This document shows, piece after piece, positions 1 through 6,502 of a DNA stretch of 11,850 nucleotides (positions within the stretch are counted from its first letter, which is position 1; every line of letters begins with the position of its first letter). A model generated the notes under the pieces. It worked only from the letters and a program-made list of their open reading frames with translations. It was not told the DNA's origin and searched no databases. Both the position numbers and the translations under genes were made by a program. Source of the stretch: Atribacteraceae bacterium (lineage in GTDB: Bacteria; Atribacterota; Atribacteria; Atribacterales; Atribacteraceae); assembly GCA_035477455.1 (NCBI GenBank), contig DATIKP010000078.1, positions 1-11,850 on the forward strand, written 5' to 3'.

Positions 1-56
1 TGAGGCGTTGCTGATGGCAACGGGGCCTCGCTGAAATGAGTTTTTGCAGCAAAATC
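1..56 (+). repeat. Copy A of a 56-bp inverted repeat. It is the reverse complement of 6294..6349 at 54/56 identity (mismatches at positions 31 and 50). It contains the nested hairpin gaggc-ccc-gttgc-tgatg-gcaac-(g)gcctc and the 13-bp palindrome TTTTGCAGCAAAA at 42..54. It may extend left of the window.
   Basis: Reverse-complemented 6294..6349 by hand and aligned it to 1..56. Similarity is lost from position 57 onwards. Confidence 0.8.
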
Positions 57-100
57 AAAGATCTGTTATCTGAGCCCCCGCAAACCCCCGATCTCACCCG

Positions 101-460
101 TCAGTCCCCGGATTCACTTTCCTGGACGAGAGAGCCTGCGAGGTTCCGGTACAGATATTCCGCCAGCCCGATACCGTTGGCCCGGCTCGCCGACCTGGCA
201 ACCTCATCGACGAACATGTCTTTAAACCATCGCTCGTGCTTACTCAAAAAAGGGGATTCCGTGACCAGGACCGGCTGGATCGAACGCTTGAACATAAAAC
301 CGAGAAAGTACGATTCAAATTCACCGCAGGCTTTTTTCAATCCATCCTGAAGCGGCCCGCTTCCCTTCCTGTCGAGCACCAAAAGCGGTTCTTTGGGTAT
401 TCGATCGATTCGTAGCATGGTAAGCTCCTTCGTATTCCGGAGGGTATTATTACTCGACAA
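101..460 (-). CDS. flgJ: Flagellar rod-binding protein (FlgJ N-terminal rod-binding-domain-like, stand-alone, 119 aa)
   Basis: ORF 101..460(-). The motif ...GEFESYFLGFMFKRS... and the C-terminal ...ANGIGLAEYLYRNLAG... match the rod-binding family pattern (FEALFLqqMLKSMR ... GGLGLAdmL). It sits directly downstream of flgI with an 11-bp overlap, as in flgI-flgJ operons. No muramidase domain is present. Confidence 0.7.
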   Translation of the reverse strand: MSSNNTLRNTKELTMLRIDRIPKEPLLVLDRKGSGPLQDGLKKACGEFESYFLGFMFKRSIQPVLVTESPFLSKHERWFKDMFVDEVARSASRANGIGLAEYLYRNLAGSLVQESESGD

Positions 461-1568
461 TCAATTCCCCCTGGAGGGCGCCGGCTTTATTCAGCGCCTG
501 TAAAATAGCAATTAAATCCCGGGGACCGACCCCCAACGCATTCAAAGACATCACCAAATCGTCAATAGTCGTCGTACCCTCGATCCTGGACAGTCCCACT
601 TCTTCTTCCACGACCTCCACTTGCGTTTCCGGAACCACTACAGTTTCTCCGGGCGAAAAGGGCGGTGGCTGAGATACCAGAAAACGGGTTTGAATGGTCA
701 CGGTTAAATCCCCATGAGAGAGGGCCACCGGAAGAATCCGCACGTTCCCTCCGATGACCACCGTGCCGGTCCTCTCGTTCACCACGACCCGGGCGGGTAC
801 GTCAGGAGTAACCGGGATTTCCCCGATCAGCGCCATCAGGGACGATACCCGGTGCAGGTACTGGTCCGGTATGGTGATTTCAATCCGGTTGGCATCGAGG
901 GCTCGGGTCCGCCGACCCCCGATTTCATTGCTGATCGCCTGAGCGATCCGGGTGGCGGTGACAAAATCCGGGTTCTGTAACAACAGGGTAATCGTCCCCC
1001 GGGTCGGGTCATAAAATCTGGTGTCCACCGTTCGTTCGACAATCCCACCATTAGGAATCATGCCCACTGTCGGATGGTTACGTTGCACCTGGGCTCCGCC
1101 GCCGCCCGCGGCAAAACCACCGATGGAAAGCGGTCCTTGAGCGACCGCATAGACCTTTCCATCCACGGCTTTCAGCGGGGTCACCAGGAGGACGCCCCCC
1201 TGGAGAGTTTCGGAATCGCCCAGGGAGGAGACGCTTACATCAATGGTTTCCCCCGGCCGGATAAAGGGAGGAAGTTCGGCGGTCACGATCACCCCCGCAA
1301 CATTCCGTGACCGGATCTGATGTGGATCGACCGTGATCCCCAGTAGCTGGAGCATGTTCGCCAAGCTCTGATTGGTGAACAGACTGTTACGACTGTCCCC
1401 GGTCCCGGACAAACCCACCACCAGCCCGTACCCGATTAGCTGGTTCCCCCGTTCCCCCTCAAATCGGGTGATATCTTTGATCCGGACCGTTTCCGCGTTG
1501 GCGGTGAACGTGAGAAACAGGCTGATCACCAGAAGGAGAGAAGCTCTTCTAAGTGTATTGATCACCAT
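450..1568 (-). CDS. flgI: Flagellar P-ring protein FlgI (372 aa, N-terminal signal peptide)
   Basis: Full-length ORF. The N-terminus MVINTLRRASLLLVISLFLTFTANA is a signal peptide. It is followed by ...IKDITRFEGERGNQLIGYGLVVGLSGTGD..., and the C-terminal ...GELIVE is typical of FlgI. The ATG at 1568 has a G-rich SD just upstream (aaaggggtg). Confidence 0.93.
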   Translation of the reverse strand: MVINTLRRASLLLVISLFLTFTANAETVRIKDITRFEGERGNQLIGYGLVVGLSGTGDSRNSLFTNQSLANMLQLLGITVDPHQIRSRNVAGVIVTAELPPFIRPGETIDVSVSSLGDSETLQGGVLLVTPLKAVDGKVYAVAQGPLSIGGFAAGGGGAQVQRNHPTVGMIPNGGIVERTVDTRFYDPTRGTITLLLQNPDFVTATRIAQAISNEIGGRRTRALDANRIEITIPDQYLHRVSSLMALIGEIPVTPDVPARVVVNERTGTVVIGGNVRILPVALSHGDLTVTIQTRFLVSQPPPFSPGETVVVPETQVEVVEEEVGLSRIEGTTTIDDLVMSLNALGVGPRDLIAILQALNKAGALQGELIVE

Positions 1569-1615
1569 CGCACCCCTTTATCCTTTATCCTCTAACGGAC
1601 ACCGAACCGGTCTTC

Positions 1616-2224
1616 CTAAAAAAGGAAATCAAGAACGGATCCAAAAATGCCGTTCAATAGGCCGACCAAGCCACTGCGCTCCCTCGGCCGCAGAGTCCCA
1701 TCCAGTTTGATCACCGCATCGAGCACCTGGGTGGACAAAACCGAATTGTTCGCCGTAATGTCTCGGGGGCTGACTACCCCTTCAATGGTGAGGATTTCCC
1801 GCTGCTTGTTGAGGATCATCTCCTTGCTCCCCTTGATCCGGAGATTGCCGTTTTCCAGAACCTCGCTGACCTGGCAAGTAATCACCCCTCTCAGAGAAAA
1901 GTTCCGACTTTCCCCCCGTTGTGCCTGCCGGGAAGTCTCGCTGGATAAACCGGCAGGAGGAATGAAATCGAAGATCCCCGCTCCAGCCGCCAGGTTGATG
2001 TTGGTGCTCCGTCCCCCGCTGGATTGAGCATCACCGGAACCGGTTGTGTGCTCACTGACAATCACCATGATCGGATCCCCCGGACGCGAGGCTCTGAAAT
2101 CCGAGTAGGGATCCGCAAACCAGCCGTCATCGCTCCAAAGCGACTCCCCCCGGACCGGAAGGATCAGGCCACCGGCCAGAGTCGCACCGAGCACCAGGCT
2201 AAGTAATAACCGGTCATGTCTCAT
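1616..2224 (-). CDS. flgH: Flagellar L-ring protein FlgH (202 aa). It has no lipobox cysteine.
   Basis: Full ORF. The FlgH-like core GDPIMVIVSEHTTGSGDAQS...NLRIKGSKEMILNKQREILTIEGVVSPRDI is present. The start ATG overlaps the flgA stop (ATGA, 2221..2224). The signal peptide has no Cys; the only Cys in the protein is far downstream. Confidence 0.88.
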   Translation of the reverse strand: MRHDRLLLSLVLGATLAGGLILPVRGESLWSDDGWFADPYSDFRASRPGDPIMVIVSEHTTGSGDAQSSGGRSTNINLAAGAGIFDFIPPAGLSSETSRQAQRGESRNFSLRGVITCQVSEVLENGNLRIKGSKEMILNKQREILTIEGVVSPRDITANNSVLSTQVLDAVIKLDGTLRPRERSGLVGLLNGIFGSVLDFLF

Positions 2225-3246
2225 CGTATCTCCACCTCCACCAATCTTTCCCCAATGACTTGGGCCTGAACCCGTTTCCGGGATTCCGGATTCTCTACGA
2301 CAATGCTCTCTCCCAACGATCCGTTTCCCCGGGCACGGCCGGTGGCGGTCACGGTAACCAAGCCATTCCTGGCTACCATGGTTACCAAGTCCCCCCGCTC
2401 GATCAAGGTTTCCTTCTGAACCTTCTCCGGAGAGATTACTTCACCGGGACGCATAGCCCGTCGGACCTCAAGCCCGATGACCTCATTCAGAGAAGCGAAA
2501 CCCTGATCATTACCCGCGGACAACGCTTCCGGCAAGACCTGCACTTGGTCGGCGCCAATTACGTCACCCGGCCGGAGATGGTCTATGGTTCTGACGGTGT
2601 CCCGAAAAACCTTGAGGCCAAAGGTCACGCTTTCCCGCTGTTCGTAGCCTCCCGCTGCGCTCACGGTAAAGTGAGCGGTCCCCCGGCCCCACGGCTTAAG
2701 TCCGGAAGGAATGAAGAGTTGGAGGGTGCTCTCGGGAGGAACGGTCAGGTCCTCGGTGGCTCCCAGCGGCTGGATTTCCACCGCTTGGGCGAAGGGAAAG
2801 AGGCGTAAGAGTTCTTCTTCAATCATGGTGCTCATGGCTGACCAGGGGATAATCTCACCGGCAAAGACCACGCGAGAATACTCCGCTCCGGAAAAATGGA
2901 TAAAAGCGAGGCCGGGAATCCTTCTCGCCGCCACCCGGTCGAAGATTTCCTGGGGACGGATCATCCGGGCTTCCCCGGGAGCGGGGACATAACCCAAGTC
3001 GAGCCGGCGTAGTTCCCCCTCCCAGTAAACATCCGGATAAGAAATCTCCGCCACTTCCCCGAGAACGAGGCTCTCGGCCAGGAGCGTCACGTTCGGACGG
3101 AGAGCAACAGACAGGGTCAGGGCCCAGACCGGTCCTACCCAGCCCCCGAGAAAAAGCACAATACCGGCGAATAACCAACCCACTGCGTATTTCATCGCGC
3201 GCATCCGGTTACCGCTTGAGATTGTTCGAAATCTGGAGCATTTCAT
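2221..3246 (-). CDS. flgA: Flagellar P-ring assembly chaperone FlgA (SAF-domain C-terminus). The start is uncertain: ATG at 3246, 3204 or 3195.
   Basis: The C-terminal ...RGDLVTMVARNGLVTVTATGRARGNGSLGESIVVENPESRKRVQAQVIGERLVEVEI matches the FlgA/SAF pattern. The longest ORF overlaps flgG by 38 bp. The internal start at 3195 (MKYAVGWLFAGIVLFLGGWVGPVWA) gives a clean signal peptide and a 14-bp gap after the flgG stop. Confidence 0.85.
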   Translation of the reverse strand: MKCSRFRTISSGNRMRAMKYAVGWLFAGIVLFLGGWVGPVWALTLSVALRPNVTLLAESLVLGEVAEISYPDVYWEGELRRLDLGYVPAPGEARMIRPQEIFDRVAARRIPGLAFIHFSGAEYSRVVFAGEIIPWSAMSTMIEEELLRLFPFAQAVEIQPLGATEDLTVPPESTLQLFIPSGLKPWGRGTAHFTVSAAGGYEQRESVTFGLKVFRDTVRTIDHLRPGDVIGADQVQVLPEALSAGNDQGFASLNEVIGLEVRRAMRPGEVISPEKVQKETLIERGDLVTMVARNGLVTVTATGRARGNGSLGESIVVENPESRKRVQAQVIGERLVEVEIR

Positions 3247-3997
3247 CAGCTGTGGTTATAGCCTTGGCGTTGACTTCGTAGGCCCGCTGGGCACTGATCA
3301 TCCGCACCATCTCTTTGACTATCTGAACGTTGGACATCTCCAGAAAACCCTGTGCCAGGCTCCCAAAGCCAGCCAGGCCGGGTACCCCCATCTGTGGTTC
3401 TCCAGAGGAGGCGGTGGCCCGATAGAGGTTCCGCCCCAGGCTGGTCAGGCCGGCCGGATTAATGAAACGTACGAGTTCGATCACGCCGACTTCCTGGGGT
3501 TCGATTTCCCCGGGAATCTGGACGGACACGATCCCATCCTGCCCAACGGTTATCGATTCCGCCTCAGGGGGAACAGTAATCGGCGGTTCCAACAAAAACC
3601 CATCATTGGTCACCACCTGTCCCAGGGCGTCGAGTTTGAAAGAGCCGTCCCGGGAATAGGCGATTTCACCATCCGGCAGCAGAATCTGGAAAAAGCCGTT
3701 TCCTTCAATGACCAGATCAAGGGGGTTGCGGGTCTCATACATGTCTCCCTGAAAAAACATTTTCTGTACGGCCGCCGGGCGCGTACCCAGACCGACTTCA
3801 ATGCCTACCGGCACCTGGGTCGCTTCCGTGGTCGGAGCGCCGCTGACCCGAATGGTCTGATACATAATATCCTGAAAATCCACCCGGCTCTTTTTGAAGC
3901 CCGTTGTATTCACATTGGCGAGATTGTTGGCGATCACGTCGATATCCAGTTGTCTGGACATCATTCCGGTCGCCGCGGTCCACAAAGCCCGTATCAT
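3209..3997 (-). CDS. flgG: Flagellar basal-body distal rod protein FlgG (262 aa)
   Basis: N-terminal MIRALWTAATGMMSRQLDIDVIANNLANVNTTGFKKSRVDF and C-terminal ...VNAKAITTADEMLQISNNLKR are canonical for the rod/hook FlgG family. An SD ggggaggga lies 5 nt upstream of the ATG on the minus strand. Confidence 0.93.
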   Translation of the reverse strand: MIRALWTAATGMMSRQLDIDVIANNLANVNTTGFKKSRVDFQDIMYQTIRVSGAPTTEATQVPVGIEVGLGTRPAAVQKMFFQGDMYETRNPLDLVIEGNGFFQILLPDGEIAYSRDGSFKLDALGQVVTNDGFLLEPPITVPPEAESITVGQDGIVSVQIPGEIEPQEVGVIELVRFINPAGLTSLGRNLYRATASSGEPQMGVPGLAGFGSLAQGFLEMSNVQIVKEMVRMISAQRAYEVNAKAITTADEMLQISNNLKR

Positions 3998-4078
3998 GGA
4001 TACTCCCTCCCCCGTTCAGGCCTCCGCCGTGCGGTCCGGCCTGGTTATTCTCTCTGTCGATCGACGACGGACACTCTC

Positions 4079-4837
4079 TTAACGAAGCCGGGCGATATCG
4101 TTCACGGCCCGCTGTAAGGCCAAATCCTGGGACTGGATCGCCCGTTGCGCGGCTTCAAATTTACGCAGAGTCTCGATCATGGTCACCATAGCTTCAACAA
4201 CGTTCATATTCGAGCGTTCAAGCGAGCCCTGCACGACCCGAAAACCAACCGCCTCCCGAGGTTCAACCAGATCGTCAACCGGGAAAAAGTTATTGAGACC
4301 GCGCTTCACGAGGAGATTCCGATCGTCAAAATCGACTACCCGCAGTTGGTCGACCTCCTCATCATCGACCCGGATCCTCCCCTGGTCATCGACCAGGAAC
4401 GTTCCCCCCGGAGGAAGAACGATCTCCCCGGTTGTCCCCAATACCGGGAACCCATCCACGTTTACCAGGCGGCCATCGGTATCGAGGGCAAAATTCCCCG
4501 CCCGGGTATACCCCTCACCTTCCGGGGTGGCGACCACAAAAAACCCCCCTCCCTGCAGAGCGAAATCAAGATGATTTCCGGTAGTCTCGATCCGCCCTTG
4601 CGAAAAATCGGTCTGGTGTTCACTAATCAGCTGGGCCCCTATCGACAGACTTCCGATGGAGATCGGCGACTGCTCATCGGTAAACCGGGAGATCGCCCTT
4701 TCGTAAACCGCTTCCGCTCGCAAGAGATCCGCCTTGAACCCCGGTGTCTCGATATTTGCCAGGTTATTGGCCAGCACTCCCTGCTTGATTTCGAATACGT
4801 TCATTCCCGATGCAGCGGTATAAATTCCCCGGATCAC
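4079..4837 (-). CDS. flgF: Flagellar basal-body rod protein FlgF (FlgF/FlgG family). The start is called at GTG 4837 rather than at the ORF-track start 4933.
   Basis: From the GTG the protein begins VIRGIYTAASGMNVFEIKQGVLANNLANIETPGFKAD, the conserved FlgF N-terminus. A perfect SD AAAGGAGG lies 7 nt upstream of the GTG at 4835..4837 (minus strand). The extra 32 aa of the ORF-track model have no family resemblance. Confidence 0.85.
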   Translation of the reverse strand: MIRGIYTAASGMNVFEIKQGVLANNLANIETPGFKADLLRAEAVYERAISRFTDEQSPISIGSLSIGAQLISEHQTDFSQGRIETTGNHLDFALQGGGFFVVATPEGEGYTRAGNFALDTDGRLVNVDGFPVLGTTGEIVLPPGGTFLVDDQGRIRVDDEEVDQLRVVDFDDRNLLVKRGLNNFFPVDDLVEPREAVGFRVVQGSLERSNMNVVEAMVTMIETLRKFEAAQRAIQSQDLALQRAVNDIARLR

Positions 4838-5083
4838 TCGCTTGCCTCCTTTCTGGGTTATAACTGGACATGAAGTCAAGAATTCTCGTTCTGTTAGTCT
4901 CTGTTGGAAGGTATGGATAAATATACTTGCCAAAAATAAGAATCAAAACAGAGCCTGCCTTTTCAGAAAAACCATTACATACCATCCTCACCCTCTCCCT
5001 CCCCCCTCCTTACCACGGACTTCCCCCTGAACCAAATCTTCCATTGCCATCTCGACAAAGGGACAGGAAGAAACCGGGCGGTA

Positions 5084-5092
5084 TGATATAAT
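5084..5092 (+). promoter_or_regulatory. Extended -10 element TGaTATAAT, a candidate promoter for the divergent DUF3782-like gene
   Basis: tgatataat at 5084..5092 is a perfect TGnTATAAT match. It lies about 60 nt upstream of the ATG at 5151/5160. No clean -35 was found, but an extended -10 can work without one. Confidence 0.4.
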
Positions 5093-5159
5093 AGGTGCTG
5101 CAGAATATAGGCCTGATGCCCGCTCGCTGATCGTCCCGGCCGGAAGGGAGATGAAAAAC

Positions 5160-5837
5160 ATGCAAGAAGTGAAAGAAAAAGTCATTGATCTCGAAAAGAC
5201 CTTAAATGACTTCATCCTCCATACCAACCTCGGTTTTGCCAAGGTTCAGAATGCGCTCATCGAACAACGTTGGGCTCTGGACAAACTCAAGGAAGAGATG
5301 GTGGCTTACCGGGAACATTCGGCTCAGGAGATGAAAGAATTCAAGGAAGAGATGGTGGGCTCCCGCCGGGAACTCAACAAGATGTGGGGGGACCTGGCCA
5401 ACCGCCTGGGGACCGTGGCGGAAGACATCGTGGCTCCCAACCTACCGGTGATCGCCCGGCGGTATTTCGGCTGTGTCGGAGAACCGCTGACTCTGTATGT
5501 GCGCTCCTTCCGGTTCAAACGGAAAGACCGGTCCCAGCAACGGGAGTTCGATGTAATCGCCGAGTACGAAGAAATCGTGCTCTTCAACGAAACCAAGACC
5601 ACGTCCCGGCAAAGCTATATCGATGACTTTCTCGCCTTTCTCCCCCAACTCCCGGACTACTGGCCGGAGTTCACGGGAAAAAAGATCATCCCCATCTATG
5701 CCGCCCTGTATATCCCGGAAAACCAGGTGGCCTACGCCACCCAGCGGGGTCTTTACGTTTTGGCCCTGCGTGGAGAAACCATGGATCTCCTCAACTACCA
5801 TGCGGTCAAACCGGTCGAAGAACCACTGAGCGACTGA
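5160..5837 (+). CDS. Hypothetical protein with an N-terminal coiled-coil and a C-terminal PD-(D/E)XK-like nuclease fold. It resembles the DUF3782-type family. An alternative start is ATG 5151.
   Basis: Residues 1-75 are heptad-rich (KEKVIDLEKTLNDF...LDKLKEEMVAYREH...FKEEMVGSRRELNKMWG). Nucleotides tcaaggaagagatggtgg are duplicated at 5287..5304 and 5341..5358. The C-terminal part has ...REFDVIAEYEEIVLFNETKTT..., a D-x(12)-E-x-K arrangement. The KMWGDLANRLG...V pattern is what I remember of the Thermus/archaeal DUF3782 paralogs. The GGGAG SD is spaced 9 nt from ATG 5160. Confidence 0.65.
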   Translation: MQEVKEKVIDLEKTLNDFILHTNLGFAKVQNALIEQRWALDKLKEEMVAYREHSAQEMKEFKEEMVGSRRELNKMWGDLANRLGTVAEDIVAPNLPVIARRYFGCVGEPLTLYVRSFRFKRKDRSQQREFDVIAEYEEIVLFNETKTTSRQSYIDDFLAFLPQLPDYWPEFTGKKIIPIYAALYIPENQVAYATQRGLYVLALRGETMDLLNYHAVKPVEEPLSD

Positions 5838-6293
5838 GCGATCCTTTCGTTTATCCCACCCGCAACGTGACCGGGCGGGGTCCTGCCACTGGAACAACTT
5901 CCAAAAGAAGGGGGTCAACCGGATATAACCGATTTTTTGCATGATCCTTCCTCTATCCATCGCTTCCCACCTTCTTCGCCTGCGGCGAAGATTTCTGCCA
6001 GTGCCGCCCGGTACCGGGGGCACATAGGGACCGTTCTTCTGTTCCAGAGGGACGTGGTCGTTTTTCCGGTAGGGCGGGCGGCGGGCCTAAGGAGATCCCC
6101 CGCCTTTACCCTTTACCCTACGCCCAGGAAGGCCCGGCTCCAGTCCGGAACCCCATCTCCCCGGGAGAGGTGCGTAACTTCTCGCTGGCTGGTATCCTTT
6201 TCATGGGTGGATGGCCCAACTCTTTAGATTTCCCTCAAATGTACTGTAGCACAACGGCCATCCACTTTTTGTTTTTACAGGAATTGTAAGACA

Positions 6294-6349
6294 GATTTTA
6301 CTGCAAAAACTCATTTCACCGAGGCCCCGTTGCCATCAGCAACGCCTCA
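6294..6349 (-). repeat. Copy B of the 56-bp inverted repeat; see copy A at 1..56
   Basis: Manual reverse-complement alignment gives 54/56 identity. It lies at the junction between GC-rich (left) and AT-rich (right) DNA. Confidence 0.8.
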
Positions 6350-6401
6350 TCTGGCATTTTCTTGCACGCATCAATGACCACGTCCGGTTGCAGTGCTGCT
6401 G

Positions 6402-6428
6402 AAAAGGCCATCCTTGGCCTTTTTACTT
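6402..6428. terminator. Possible bidirectional intrinsic terminator: aaaaGGCCA-tcct-TGGCCtttt followed by tac
   Basis: A 9-bp perfect stem (core GGCCA/TGGCC) with a 4-nt loop. Both strands have T-runs after the stem. It is short, so this is a weak call. It lies downstream of the DUF3782-like gene and of repeat copy B. Confidence 0.3.
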
Positions 6429-6488
6429 CGAAAATGCGGTGATTTCGGCGGCTGATTCAGGCAGCTCAGGCCCAGGCTTCCTTCGTTC

Positions 6489-6502
6489 TTTTGCAGCAAA
6501 AT
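6489..6502 (+). repeat. Third, partial direct copy of the repeat core: TTTTGCAGCAAAAT, a 14-bp exact match to 42..55 that includes the 13-bp palindrome
   Basis: Exact 14-mer shared with 42..55. The following bases are loosely similar (aatcaa(a)gat...gatct). Confidence 0.45.

Noticed and set aside
36-350. 104-aa ORF on the plus strand beginning inside repeat copy A
   Set aside because: It is entirely antisense to the well-supported rod-binding/flgJ-like gene and the repeat. The composition is Pro/Ser/Arg-rich and not protein-like. It is a typical GC-rich shadow ORF.
714-4873. Many 60-240 aa ORFs antisense to flgI, flgH, flgA, flgG and flgF (for example 1647..2027, 2260..2808, 4145..4873)
   Set aside because: All lie within or opposite strongly supported flagellar genes in high-GC DNA, where antisense frames stay open by chance. 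None has family-like sequence.
4934-5150. Sigma54 (-24/-12) or sigma28 promoter for the flgF operon
   Set aside because: TGGCA occurrences at about 4932 and 5048 on the minus strand lack the required GC at -12 with correct spacing, and no GCCGATAA-like -10 was found. I did not call a flagellar-specific promoter.
5270-6023. ORFs 5270..5626(+), 5324..5602(-) and 5442..6023(-) overlapping the DUF3782-like gene
   Set aside because: These are alternative-frame or antisense shadows of the better-supported 5160..5837 CDS. They are Arg/Pro/Gly-rich junk translations.
5937-6227. 96-aa ORF in the GC-rich part of the gene-free interval
   Set aside because: The sequence is low-complexity P/S/R/A-rich (MHDPSSIHRFPPSSPAAK...). 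There is no SD and no recognisable family. Treated as non-coding.
1-6349. The idea that the inverted repeats define a Hin/Fim-type phase-variation switch for flagella
   Set aside because: No recombinase gene is visible in the window. The bracketed segment carries whole structural genes and not a promoter. Inversion would not obviously change expression, since both flanking copies are downstream of their operons. The idea is kept only as a low-probability alternative in the first finding.
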